DNA of 64,000 nucleotides from Octopus sinensis (Eukaryota), in assembly GCF_006345805.1 (NCBI RefSeq), contig NC_043012.1, positions 16,554,001-16,618,000 of the forward strand, written 5' to 3'. This document shows positions 10,044 to 23,076 of this stretch, in pieces. The translations under genes and the position numbers were made by a program. Below the pieces are notes generated by a model. The model was given only the letters and a program-made list of their open reading frames with translations. It was not told the DNA's origin and ran no database searches. The first letter of the stretch is position 1; each line of letters begins with the position of its first letter.

Positions 10044-13000
10044 GCAGTATGGCCTTCCCCTTAGTGCAGTATGGCTTTCCCCTTAATGCAGTATGGCCTT
10101 CCCCTTAGCACAGTATGGCCTTCCCCTTAGCGCAGTATGGCCTTCCCCTTAGTGCAGTAAGGCCTTCCCCTTAGCACAGTATGGCCTTCCCCTTAGCGCA
10201 GTATGGCCTTCCCCTTAGTGCAGTATGGCCTTCCCCTTAGCGCAGTATGGCTTTCCCCTTAGCACAGTATGGCCTTCCCCTTAGCGCAGTATGGCCTTCC
10301 CCTTAGTGCAGTATGGCCTTCCCCTTAGTGCAGTATGGCCTTCCCCTTAGCGCAGTATGGCCTTCCCCTTAGTGCAGTATGGCTTTCCCCTTATGCAGTA
10401 TGGCCTTCCCCTTAGTGCAGTATGGCTTTCCCCTTAGTGCAGTATGGCCTTCCCCTTAGTGCAGTATGGCTTTCCCCTTAGCGCAGTATGGCCTTCCCCT
10501 TAGTGCAGTATGGCTTTCCCCTTAGTGCAGTATGGCCTTCCCCTTAGTGCAGTATGGCTTTCCCCTAGTGCAGTATGGCCTTCCCCTTAGCGCAGTATGG
10601 CCTTCCCCTTAGTGCAGTATGGCTTCCCCTTAATGCAGTATGGCCTTCCCCTTAGTGCAGTATGGCTTTCCCCTTAATGCAGTATGGCCTTCCCCTTAGT
10701 GCAGTATGGCTTTCCCCTTAGTGCAGTATGGCTTTCCCCTTAATGCAGTATGGCCTTCCCCTTAGTGCAGTATGGCTTTCCCCTTAGTGCAGTATGGCCT
10801 TCCCCTTAGCGCAGTATGGCCTTCCCCTTAGTGCAGTATGGCTTTCCCCTTAGCGCAGTATGGCCTTCCCCTTAGTGCAGTATGGCTTTCCCCTTAATGC
10901 AGTATGGCCTTCCCCTTAGTGCAGTATGGCCTTCCCCTTAGTGCAGTATGGCTTTCCCCTTAATGCAGTATGGCCTTCCCCTTAGTGCAGTATGGCCTTC
11001 CTTTTAGCACAGTATGGCTTTCCCCTTAATGCAGTATGGCCTTCCCCTTAGTGCAGTATGGCCTTCCCCTTAGCGCAGTATGGCCTTCCCCTTAATGCAG
11101 TATGGCTTTTCCCTTAGCACAGCATGGCCTTCCCTTAATGCAGTATGGCTTCCCCTTAATGCAGTATGGCTTTCCTTTAAGCAGTATGGCCTTCCCTTAG
11201 TGCAGTATGGCTTCCCCTGTCAATGCAGTATGGCTTTCCCCTTAGTGCAGTATGGCCTTCCCCTTAATGCAGTATGGCCTTCCTTTTAGCACAGTATGGC
11301 CTTCCCCTTAGTGCAGTATGGCTTTCCCTTAATGCAGTATGGCCTTCCCCTTAATGCAGTATGGTTTTCCCTTAGCACAGCATGGCCTTCCCTTAATGCA
11401 GTATGGCCTTCCTTCCCCTTAGTGCAGTATGGCTTCCCCTTAATGCAGTATGGCCTTCCCTTAATGGCAGTAGGCTTTCCCCTTAGCACAGCATGGCCTT
11501 CCCCTTAATGCAGTATGGCCTTCCCCTTAGTGCAGTATGGCCTTTCCTTAAGCAGTATGGCCTTACCCTTAGTGCAGTAGGCTTTTCCCTTAATGCAGTA
11601 TGGCCTTCCTTTTAGCACAGTATGGCTTTCCCTTAATGCAGTATGGCCTTCCCCTTAATGCAGTATGGCCTCCCCTAGTGCAGTATGGCTTTCCCTTATT
11701 GCAGTATGGCCTTCCCCTTAATGCAGTATGCTTTCCCCATTAGCACAGCATGGCCTTCCCCTTATGCAGTATGGCCTCCCCTTAGTGCAGTATGGCCTTC
11801 CCCTTAATTGCAGTATGGCCTTCCCTTAGTGAGTATGGCCTTCCCTTAATGCAGTATGGCCTTCCCCTAGTGCAGTATGGCTTTCCCATTAATGCAGTAT
11901 GGCCTTCCCCTTAATGCAGTATGGCTTTCCCCTAGCACAGTATGGCCTCCCCTTAATGCAGTAGGCTTCCCCTTAGTGCAGTATGGCCTTCCCCTTATGC
12001 AGTATGGCCTTCCCCTTTGGCAGTATGGCCTTCCCCTTAATGCAGTATGGCTTTCCCCTATAGCACAGCATGGCTTCCCCTTAATGCAGTATGGCCTTCC
12101 CCTTAGGCAGTATGGCCTTCCCTTAATGCAGTATGGCCTTCCCCTTAATGAGTATGGCCTTCCCTTAGTGCAGTATGGCCTTCCCTTAATGCAGTATGGC
12201 TTTCCCCTTAGCACAGCATGGCCTCCCCTTAATGCAGTATGGCTTCCCCTTAATGCAGTATGGCCTTCCCCTTAGTGCAGTATGCCTTCCCCTTAATGCA
12301 GTATGGCTTTTCCCTTAGTGCAGTATGGCTTTCCCCTTAATGCAGTATGGCCTTCCCCTTAATGCAGTATGGCTTTCCCCTTAGCACAGCATGGCCTTCC
12401 CCTTAATGCAGTATGGCCTTCCCCTTAATGCAGTATGGCTTTCCCCTTAATGCAGTATGGCCTTCCCCTTAGTGCAGTATGGCTTTCCCCTTAATGCAGT
12501 ATGGCCTTCCCCTTAATGCAGTATGGCTTTCCCCTTAGCACAGCATGGCCTTCCCCTTAATGCAGTATGGCCTTCCCCTTAATGCAGTATGGCCTTCCCC
12601 TTAGTGCAGTATGGCCTTCCCCTTAATGCAGTATGGCCTTCCCCTTAATGCAGTATGGCTTTCCCCTTAGCAGCATGGCCTTCCCCTTAATGCAGTATGG
12701 CCTTCCCCTTAATGCAGTATGGCCTTCCCCTTAGTGCAGTATGGCTTTCCCCTTAATGCAGTATGGTTTTCACCTTAATGCAGTATGGCCTTCCCCTTAG
12801 TGCAGTATGGCTTTCCCCTTAATGCAGTATGGCCTTCCCCTTAATGCAGTATGGCCTTCCCCTTAGCACAGTATGGCTTTCCCTTAATGCAGTATGGCCT
12901 TCCCCTTAATGCAGTATGGCTTTCCCCTTAATGCAGTATGGCCTTCCCCTTAGTGCAGTATGGCTTTCCCCTTAATGCAGTATGGCCTTCCCCTTAGTGC

Positions 13001-14056
13001 AGTATGGCTTTCCCCCTAGCGCAGTATGGCTTTCCCCTTAGCGCAGTATGGCTTCCCCTTAGTGCAGTATGGCCTTCCCCTTAGCGCAGTATGGCCTTCC
13101 CCTTAGTGCAGTATGGCTTTCCCCTTAATGCAGTATGGCCTTCCCTTAGTGCAGTATGGCTTTTCCCTTCCCCTTAATGCAGTATGGCCTTCCCCTTAGT
13201 GCAGTATGGCCTTCCCCTTAGTGCAGTATGGCTTTCCCCTTAATGCAGTATGGCCTTCCCCTTAGTGCAGTATGGCTTTCCCCTTAGTGCAGTATGGCCT
13301 TCCCCTTAGCGCAGTATGGCTTCCCCTTAGTGCAGTATGGCCTTCCCCTTAATGCAGTATGGCCTTCCCCTTAGTGCAGTATGGCTTTCCCCTTAATGCA
13401 GTATGGCCTTCCCCTTAATGCAGTATGGCCTTCCCCTTAGTGCAGTATGGCCTTCCCCTTAATGCAGTATGGCCTTCCCCTTAGTGCAGTATGGCTTTCC
13501 CCTTAATGCAGTATGGCCTTCCCCTTAGTGCAGTATGGCCTTCCCCTTAATGCAGTATGGCCTTCCCCTTAGTGCAGTATGGCTTTCCCCTTAATGCAGT
13601 ATGGCTTTCCCCTTAATGCAGTATGGCCTTCCCCTTAGTGCAGTATGGCTTTCCCCTTAATGCAGTATGGCCTTCCCCTTAATGCAGTATGGCCTTCCCC
13701 TTAGCACAGTATGGCTTTCCCTTAATGCAGTATGGCCTTCCCCTTAATGCAGTATGGCTTTCCCCTTAATGCAGTATGGCCTTCCCCTTAGTGCAGTATG
13801 GCTTTCCCCTTAATGCAGTATGGCCTTCCCCTTAGTGCAGTATGGCTTTCCCCCTAGCGCAGTATGGCTTTCCCCTTAGCGCAGTATGGCTTTCCCCCTA
13901 GCGCAGTATGGCTTTCCCCTTAGTGCAGTATGGCTTTCCCCCTAGCGCAGTATGGCTTTCCCCTTAGCGCAGTATGGCTTTCCCCCTAGCGCAGTATGGC
14001 CTTCCCCTTAGCGCAGTATGGCCTTCCCCTTAGCACAGTATGGCCTTCCCCTTAGC
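10044..14056 (+). repeat. 22-bp minisatellite, about 180 units (~4 kb)
   Basis: Unit gcagtatggccttccccttagt with variants cc/ct and ttagt/ttaat/ttagc; no spacers. Confidence 0.98.
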
Positions 14057-15669
14057 CCCGTCCTCTCATGTGGGTAATTAGGAAGGGAAGTTTTTGTCTC
14101 TACACCTCTGTGTTATATATCTTACAGTGAGATGCCTGAAATATGAATGAGAGTTGCCACATCAGAACTAGGTTAAGTATATTGTCAGAAAGGAGATTGA
14201 CTTGGACATAAAATTCACATTACCATGAATGCCAATGCAGTGGAGAATATATTAACTAATCAGTGAAGATTATTGACTTAATGACTATTTAGCATGGTAA
14301 AACACACAAAGTATAAGAGTCTACTTTAAATCTGTTGGTTTGTTCTGAGACAGTGTTAGCAAAGCTGATACATGGCAGATTTTGAAGTGGTATGTAATGG
14401 ACTTTGAAGGCCATCTATAAGCTTTGTAGTTTTAACGTCTACTTTTCCATTCTTGCATGGATCTGATGAGAGCATGATTTTTTTCAGATTTATTCTATTT
14501 ATAATAGAAGTGCTGCAGTAAAAGCCTAGCAGTTCCAACGTTGAAAAACAAACAAAATTGCTGCTGCTGGTGTTGTTGTTGAGGAGGATGTGGTGGTGGT
14601 GGTGAGAGTTTTCTACAGTCAGATGCTCTCCCTGTCACCACCACTACCACCACAACCACCACCACCACTTATTTCCATGTGAAGTAAGTCTCCTAGTCTA
14701 TCAAATAAATAGCCCATCCATGTTTACAAAGAGAAGCAAATGACACCCAATAAATGAGCCTTTTGTTTGCGAAGATCGCACACAACATGTTAAAACAACT
14801 CAAGAAGCCTAAACAAACTTTTATGGTGGACTGCACTGTTTACAGTCAGAGGAAAAACATGTGTACGTAAGGAAATACAAACTCTCTCTCTCTAACACAC
14901 ACACATGGGCTTATTTCAGTTTCTGTCTAATAAATCCAATCACAAGGCTGAAGATCTTGTATAAAACACTCGCCCAAGTACCTTGCAGTGGAACTGAACC
15001 CAAAACCTTGTGAACTGGAAATGAATTTCTTAACCACATAGCCATACCTGCACCCATTTCACTAATATGTATTCAAATAATGCTTCAGTAATCTGGATAT
15101 TATTAAAGAATTTAAAATTTGGTCCTGCAGGGTTAAAAGGAGTTGTTATAATTTCCTTAGAATGACCAACTAACAATTTTTTTTTTCTCGTTAATGAATT
15201 AGTTTTTAAGGACCTCAGTCCCTTTGAAATTACTTTTGGCATTTAAAGTTACCATTGGAACTGTGAATGTAGCAGTAAAGAATAAAGACTGATAAATTCT
15301 GGGAATAAAATTATGTCAATAAGATATGTTGCAAAAAATTTTTTTTCAAACAGTTAATTAAGTTAATAATAAAGGAAGTAATCTGAATAAATAATTTAGG
15401 AATATGATGGTGTGTTGTACTAAAAGTGCTGGATTTTGGAACAGAACCAAACTATCCCAACATCAATAAGCAGACAAAATTACTGTTGTTCTTGCTAATG
15501 ATGATAATGCAGCAACAGCAGCAGTCATAGCAGCAGTAGTAGTAATTGTAATAGTAGTATATTTATTTCAGAGTGAAATTAAAAGAATAGTGCATTCAGG
15601 CAAGAATATCTTCTACTATTGATGTGTGGTAGCCGCTAGCATAGCTAGAGTGTGTGCCACCTGGGGCAG

Positions 15670-15844
15670 CCCTTCAGTTTATCACCCCCTGGCTCGTCCT
15701 TCGGTTTGTCACCCCTGGGCCTGCCCTTCAATTTGTCACCCCTGGGCCTGCCCTTCACTTTGTCACTCCTGGGCCCACCCTTCAGTTTATCACCCCCCAA
15801 GCCTGCCCTTCAGTTTGTCACCCCTGGGCCCACCCTTCAGTTTG
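15670..15844 (+). repeat. 27-bp minisatellite, about 6.5 units
   Basis: Unit cccttcagtttgtcacccctgggcctg. Confidence 0.9.
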
Positions 15845-16018
15845 AAAGAGCTTTGTCATGCAAATTGACCTCAGTTGTTATGTTCCTTTTTTTTAATGAA
15901 GTTTTGTTCTCATTTTCTTGGTTCTCTCTTGCCACACCACTAAGTCACCTGGATGTAAACAAATCAACACTTATTAACAAACAGTGACAGAGGTGACAGA
16001 CACACATGCACGTGTGTA

Positions 16019-16051
<33 letters not shown>

Positions 16052-16720
16052 CTATCCATATATCATTATCATTTAACATCCGTTGTCCATGCTGGCATGG
16101 GTTGGACAGTTTGATCAAAGCTGGCAAGCAGGGGAGCTGCACCAGACTCCAGTCTGATTTGGCATGGTTCCTATGGCTGGATGCCCTTCCTAATTCCAAC
16201 CACTTTACAGAGTGTGCTGGGTACTTGTATATGGCATCGCATGGGTGCTTTTACACAAGTGCTTTACATCACCAGAGGGATTGGTCTTAACATTTCTGCT
16301 GTGGAGGAAGGCTCTTCTTGAGTACAGCAAAGGCACCAGGCATCTCAGTCTTTTGTTATCTCACCATTTTACATAATCCGATGGATTACTCTATATTTTT
16401 GTTGAGCACAAATTTATTATTCTTAAATAAGAATGTTGTTGATAGTAACTTCAAAATTTCAGCCAGTCAAGCCATCATTGGCCAGCTAAGTCCAACGATA
16501 GTTTAGCTGGCCGAAACTTTGAAGTCCCTGTCAAGAGCATTCTTATTTAAGAATTATATATATAGGTGCAGGAGTGGCTGTGTGGTAAGTACCTTGCTTA
16601 CCAACCACATGGTCCGGAGTTCAGTCCCGCTGTGTCTTTTATTATAGTCTCAGGTCGACCAATGCCTTGTGAGTAGATTTGATAGACGGAAACTGAAAGA
16701 AGCCTGTTGTGTGTGTGTGG

Positions 16721-16740
<20 letters not shown>

Positions 16741-16760
<20 letters not shown>

Positions 16761-19043
16761 GTGTACATGTTTGTATGTCTGTGTTTGTCTCCCCCACACC
16801 CAACATCGCTTGACAATTGGATTGGCAAAAGAAACCGATAGAATAAGTACTAGGCTTACAAAGAATAAGTCCCGGGATCGATTTGCTCGACTAAAGGCAA
16901 TGTTCCAGCATGGTCGCAGTCAAATGACTGAAACAAATAAAAGAATAAAAGAACATGTGTGTGACAGGTTTCCACACAGTTTCCATCTATCAGATTCACT
17001 TACAAGGCATTAGTTGCCACGGGGCTATTGTAGAAAACACTAGTGCAAAGTGGTGCACAATGAGATTGAACCCAAAACCAGATATTTGCTAAGTGACCTT
17101 CTTAATCACAGAGCCATGCTTGCACTTACAGCCATACCTGTACATTGACATACCAAATCCCCAACAAATTTTACATAGGAGAACTTCAACAAAGATTTCC
17201 ATCACACATTAGGTTTGAACCTGGACTTTGTGATTGGAAAGTGACAGTCTTTCCTATTCCACCATACTGCATCTGGTTTTTTTCTCTCTGTCACTCTGAC
17301 TGTCTCTCTATCTTTCTCTCTCTCTCTCTCTCTCTTTACCTTTCCCCTCCAAAGATAGCCTAATTCGCACTCAGTAGTAAGACAACTATCTCTGTCCCTC
17401 TATTATGCTCTCACCTGGCTCTCAGCCACTTCACTTGGTTCCACTCCCTCTCTCAGCTGTTAGGCCTTTATCATGTGACCCTGCTGGTGCCATGTAGAAA
17501 CCACTTGTACTCGCACCAGTTTAAGAGCACCTGTGCTGGTGCCATGTTAAAATCACCTGTGCTGGTGCCACATAAAATGCACCCAGTACACTCTGTAAAG
17601 TGGTTGGCATTAGGAAGAGCATCAAGCTGCTGAAACCAAGCCAAAATAGATGATGGAGCCTAGTGTTGCTCCTGACTGTGCCAGCTTCAATCAAACTATC
17701 CAACCCATGCCAGCATGAAAAGCAGATGCTAAATGATGATGGTAACGATGATGTAAACTTAAATAGCAGGTGCAGGAGTGGCTGTGCGGTAAGAAGCTTG
17801 CTTCCCAACCACATGGTTCTGGTTTCAGGCCAACCAAAACTTTGTGATGGAATTGGTAGATGGAAACTGAAAGAAGCCTGTCATATATATATATATATAT
17901 ATTATATATGTATGTATGTTTGTGTACATGTTTGTATGTCTGTGTTTGTCTCCCCCACACCCAACATCGCTTGACAATTGGATTGGCAAAAGAAACCGAT
18001 AGAATAAGTACTAGGCTTACAAAGAATAAGTCCCGGGATCGATTTGCTCGACTAAAGGCAATGTTCCAGCATGGTCGCAGTCAAATGACTGAAACAAATA
18101 AAAGAATAAAAGAACATGTGTGTGACAGGTTTCCACACAGTTTCCATCTATCAGATTCACTTACAAGGCATTAGTTGCCACGGGGCTATTGTAGAAAACA
18201 CTAGTGCAAAGTGGTGCACAATGAGATTGAACCCAAAACCAGATATTTGCTAAGTGACCTTCTTAATCACAGAGCCATGCTTGCACTTACAGCCATACCT
18301 GTACATTGACATACCAAATCCCCAACAAATTTTACATAGGAGAACTTCAACAAAGATTTCCATCACACATTAGGTTTGAACCTGGACTTTGTGATTGGAA
18401 AGTGACAGTCTTTCCTATTCCACCATACTGCATCTGGTTTTTTTCTCTCTGTCACTCTGACTGTCTCTCTATCTTTCTCTCTCTCTCTCTCTCTCTTTAC
18501 CTTTCCCCTCCAAAGATAGCCTAATTCGCACTCAGTAGTAAGACAACTATCTCTGTCCCTCTATTATGCTCTCACCTGGCTCTCAGCCACTTCACTTGGT
18601 TCCACTCCCTCTCTCAGCTGTTAGGCCTTTATCATGTGACCCTGCTGGTGCCATGTAGAAACCACTTGTACTCGCACCAGTTTAAGAGCACCTGTGCTGG
18701 TGCCATGTTAAAATCACCTGTGCTGGTGCCACATAAAATGCACCCAGTACACTCTGTAAAGTGGTTGGCATTAGGAAGAGCATCAAGCTGCTGAAACCAA
18801 GCCAAAATAGATGATGGAGCCTAGTGTTGCTCCTGACTGTGCCAGCTTCAATCAAACTATCCAACCCATGCCAGCATGAAAAGCAGATGCTAAATGATGA
18901 TGGTAACGATGATGTAAACTTAAATAGCAGGTGCAGGAGTGGCTGTGCGGTAAGAAGCTTGCTTCCCAACCACATGGTTCTGGTTTCAGGCCAACCAAAA
19001 CTTTGTGATGGAATTGGTAGATGGAAACTGAAAGAAGCCTGTC

Positions 19044-19062
<19 letters not shown>
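16741..19062 (+). repeat. Direct tandem duplication, 1161-bp period
   Basis: Landmarks recur at +1161 (16749/17910, 17880/19041); ORF translations 17145/18306 and 17521/18682 are identical. Confidence 0.95.
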
Positions 19063-19085
<23 letters not shown>

Positions 19086-20330
19086 CTGTGTTTGTTCCCT
19101 CTACCATTGCTTGACAACCGATGTTGGTGTGTTTACATCCCCATAACTTAGCAGTTCAGCAAAAGAGGTCGTTAGAATAAGCACTAGGCTTACAAGTAAT
19201 AAGTCCTGGGGGTCGATTTGTTTGACTAAAGACAGTGCTCCAGTATGGCCACAGTCAAATGACTGAAACGTGTAAAAGAATAAAAGAGAAATAATCAGGC
19301 CCTACTTGTCATGTTTACAAATGAAAGAATAAGCCATGTATCTTAGCAGTGATAAAGCCAGACAGATAAAAATGATAACATTATATATATTTAATTCCTA
19401 TGTACTGAATTTCCTGTAAATTTCAGACGGGTGGGTGTTAACAAAGCTGTTTTGTTTTTTTTATGACTGGAAAATCCAATTTATATCTCAGACACGACTG
19501 TGAAACTCAGTGTAAACAAACATTCGGTCATCTATTTAAACTAACCTGGTAAATTCCAAAATTCCAGTAATTCAAAGAACTGTCTGGTATTTTATTAAAT
19601 CTCTTTACTCTTTTACTTGTTTCAGTCATTTTACTGCGGCCATGCTGGAGCACCGCCTTTTAGTCGAGCAAATCGACCCCAGGACTTATTCTTTGTAAGC
19701 CCAGTACTTATTCTATCGGTCTCTTTTGCCGAACCGCTAAGTGATGGGGACGTAAACACACCAGCATCAGTTGTCAAGCAATGTTAGGGAGACAAACACA
19801 GACACACAAACACATACACACACATCTATACATACTTATATACGACAGGCTTCTTTCAGTTTCTGTCTACCAAATCCACTCACAAGGCATTGGTCGGCCC
19901 GGGGCTATAGCAGAAGACACTTGCCCAAGATGCCACGCAGTGGGACTGAACCCAGAACCATGTGGTTGGTTAGCAAGCTACTTACCACACAGCCACTCCT
20001 GTGCCTATATATAATATAAATATAAATGATTATTTGTTGACTTTTTTTCTTGCTTTCCCCCACCCCCACTCTCACCCAAAATATTTATTTATTATGGGTA
20101 TGTTAGTGAGTTGGCTAAAATGTTAGAACAATAGATTAAATGGCTTTCAGTATTTAGATTATCCTGGTTAATCCTTGAGCTCTCATTTGGCTTCGGTCGG
20201 CACTTTATTCATAGTAACCAGGGAAACAAAATACCAATAATATACCGAGATCAGTAAATTAATTTTCTATAATTGTCCATGTATCTGCTTTATCGCTATA
20301 CGTATCAATCTATCTTATCTGTCATACATA

Positions 20331-20847
20331 TCTATATATATAAAACTGTAGTTGTGTGAGTGTCTGTCTCCTACGATTTAGATTCCTAACTCCTCCCACA
20401 TTTTGCGGTGCAGTTTAACCAAATTCGGGTATCTTATAGTCGTGATTAATATCGAGCCCGTCTGGCTATTAGCGCGCGTCTACGATGAGTCTACGATTTT
20501 AAAAATAATTTAACATCATTTTTTATTCCATTTTAATGCATAATTTTTCGTGTGTCGATGGCGGCGGAGTTGGCGTCCACGCTCAAACACCTGCACCTGT
20601 GTTTGCTTCTCCCCCTTCTTCCCTCCCTCATGAAGCTGTGGGGAAGGGAGCGTAAGGAAATCAACATCGTAAAGCGTTGTCAAGGAGACCAGCGTTCTTT
20701 TAGAACAACGACTTCATGGCTTGAAGACACCAAAACAGAAATGGCTAAGAAAGCCCGAATTGGCATCTATAAAGGAAGTAACTCTCTAAAAATGCTTATA
20801 TAGTTATTTCCCTTACAAACCCGAGCAGCGCCGGGCGATACTGCTAG
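20331..20847 (+). mobile_element. Non-autonomous Helitron
   Basis: A|TC start (tctatatatataaaa), subterminal hairpin cccg...cggg at 20820-20835, CTAG|T end, no target-site duplication. Confidence 0.85.
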
Positions 20848-23076
20848 TATATATATAAACATGTATGTGTGCGTATATTGTCTCCAGTTGCTAACCATGA
20901 ACTATAAAATAACTTATTTCAGCTTATCAAACTTCCATAAGGGAGAAATTTACAACCCTCTCTGCCAATAAACCACTATTGTCCCTGGAAGTTGTTTTTA
21001 TACCTTCTATAGACTGCTTGAAGTTTACCAACTTCCTACACTTGGATCCTTAAATCTTACTTTTACATATCATTTTATATATGTATATATATATATATAT
21101 ATATTAAAAAACGCCGAAACAATGCATTGTCTAAAGATGAATAGGGTAAATGTTTTTTTATTTTTCCTTAACTTTTCGGAATTACTACTATTTGCGGTTG
21201 GAGCCCTGGCTGCTCTTTCTAGTGGGTCGAACGGCCTATTGTGGTCGTTCCTCAATTGTTGTTGTATAGTTTGATGCTGGGGAAAAATGGAGAAGTCTTT
21301 TACATTTTGAGCTTACACTCTTTGGCAGAATGGAATAAGAAGAAATAAATAGAGAGAGAATGAAAAAAACACATGTTGAGTTCAGTACCATAAGCCAATC
21401 ATATATTGTTTTCTACACTAGGCACAAGGCCCAAAATTTTTGGAGAGGGGGCCAGTTGATTAGATTGACCCCAGTATGCAACTGGTACTTAATTTATCGA
21501 TCCCAAAAGGATGAAAGGGAAAGTCGATCTTGGCAGAATTTGAACTCAGAACATAAAGACAGACAAAATACTACTAGGTATTTTGTCCGGAGTGCTAACG
21601 ATTCTGCCAGCTTGCTGCCTTAGAAGCCAATCATATATTATGTGTGGGAAGGTAGTGTTTGTATTCATCACCCCACTACTTGCCAGTGTTGGTTTGTTTA
21701 TGTCCATGTAGCATTGTGGTTCAACCAGAGGAGCTTGGTAAAGTAGTAAAGTACCGGTCTTGATATATGCAGTGGAATGGATTTGTTGGGCTAATCACTG
21801 AAACAAGTAAAAGAATAAATGAGTACCAGAGAAAGAGAACCTTCATTGTCATAACGTCCACCTTTTCTACTCTAGGCACAAGGCCTAAAATTTTGGAGGA
21901 GGGAGCCAGTCGATTAGATCAACCCCAGTATGCAACTGATACTTAATTTATTGACCCTGAAAGGATGAAAGGCAAAGTCAACTTCGGCAGTATTTGAACT
22001 CAGAACATAAAGACAGACGAAAATCCGCTTAGCATTTTGCCCAGCTTGCTATCTTAGTCTCAGAGTTTATTGAAACAGAAATGTTCTTATGAAAAGAGGC
22101 AAAGCAAAAACTCGGAGTAAACAGTTGTTAAAAACCCAGTCATTCTTTTGTATTTGGTTTTAAAGGTGGTGAGCTGGCAGAATCGTTAGCACACCAGACA
22201 AAATGCTTAGTGGCGTTTCCTTCAGCTTTACCTCCTAAGTTCAGATGCTGCTGAGGTCTACTTTGGCTTTGATCCCTTTGGGGATAAAATAAATACCAGT
22301 TGAGCACTGGGGTTGATGTAATTGAATCACCACCCAAATTGCTGGCCTTGTGTCAATTTTTCAAAGCATTGTTATATTTGGCTCTACTTTATGTATTGAG
22401 TACTGTTTCCTTTCTTTTGTGTTATAAAGAAATGTGTGTGTGTGTGTGTCACTGTCTGTCTGTGTCAGCAATTTCCACCTTCTATACATGTCTTTCTTCT
22501 TTCTCAGTAGATCCACGAATGTGTGTGTATGTGTGATTCTGTGCAACCATGTATGTGTGTTATTCTGTGTCTACACACACACACACACACACACGATTCT
22601 GTATGTATATGAACATCATAGTTTAACTTCCCCCTTTCCTCCTCTATCGTATCTTACTCCTCCCTCTCCCTTAAAAAAATGACACCTCCCCCCACATAAA
22701 TCCTCTTATAATAATCATAAATCCTTTCCACCACCCCCACTTCCTCCACTACTCCTGCCAGTTGTCTCTCATCTGTAATTATGTCCCAATTTGCATTTAA
22801 TTATATGGTTTACTTTCCTATATTTTCCTCCTACGTCCTTGCATTGTCTCGTGTACCGTTTGTCTACGATTGTTTACCTGAGTAAGGAACAAAATCAATA
22901 ATAATAATAAAAATAATAACCCTTTCTACTAAAGGCACAAGGCCTGAAATTTATGGGGATTAGTCAATTACATTGATCCCCGTGTTTCACTGATGCTTAA
23001 TTTATCGACTCCGAAAGGATGAAAGGCAAAGTTGACCTCAGTGGAATTTTGGAAATAATAATAATAATAATAATAA

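Noticed and set aside
11080-12275. ORFs MAFPLVQYG... and MLRGKPYC...
   Set aside because: They are translations of the minisatellite, opened by local indels.
10044-14056. CRISPR array or telomeric repeat reading of the 22-bp array
   Set aside because: Units are contiguous with no unique spacers and no cas genes are present; the unit has CCCTTAG/CCCTTAA, not tandem CCCTAA.
20552-20803. Helitron Rep/helicase coding remnant
   Set aside because: No rolling-circle or helicase motif could be recognised in the 83-aa ORF.
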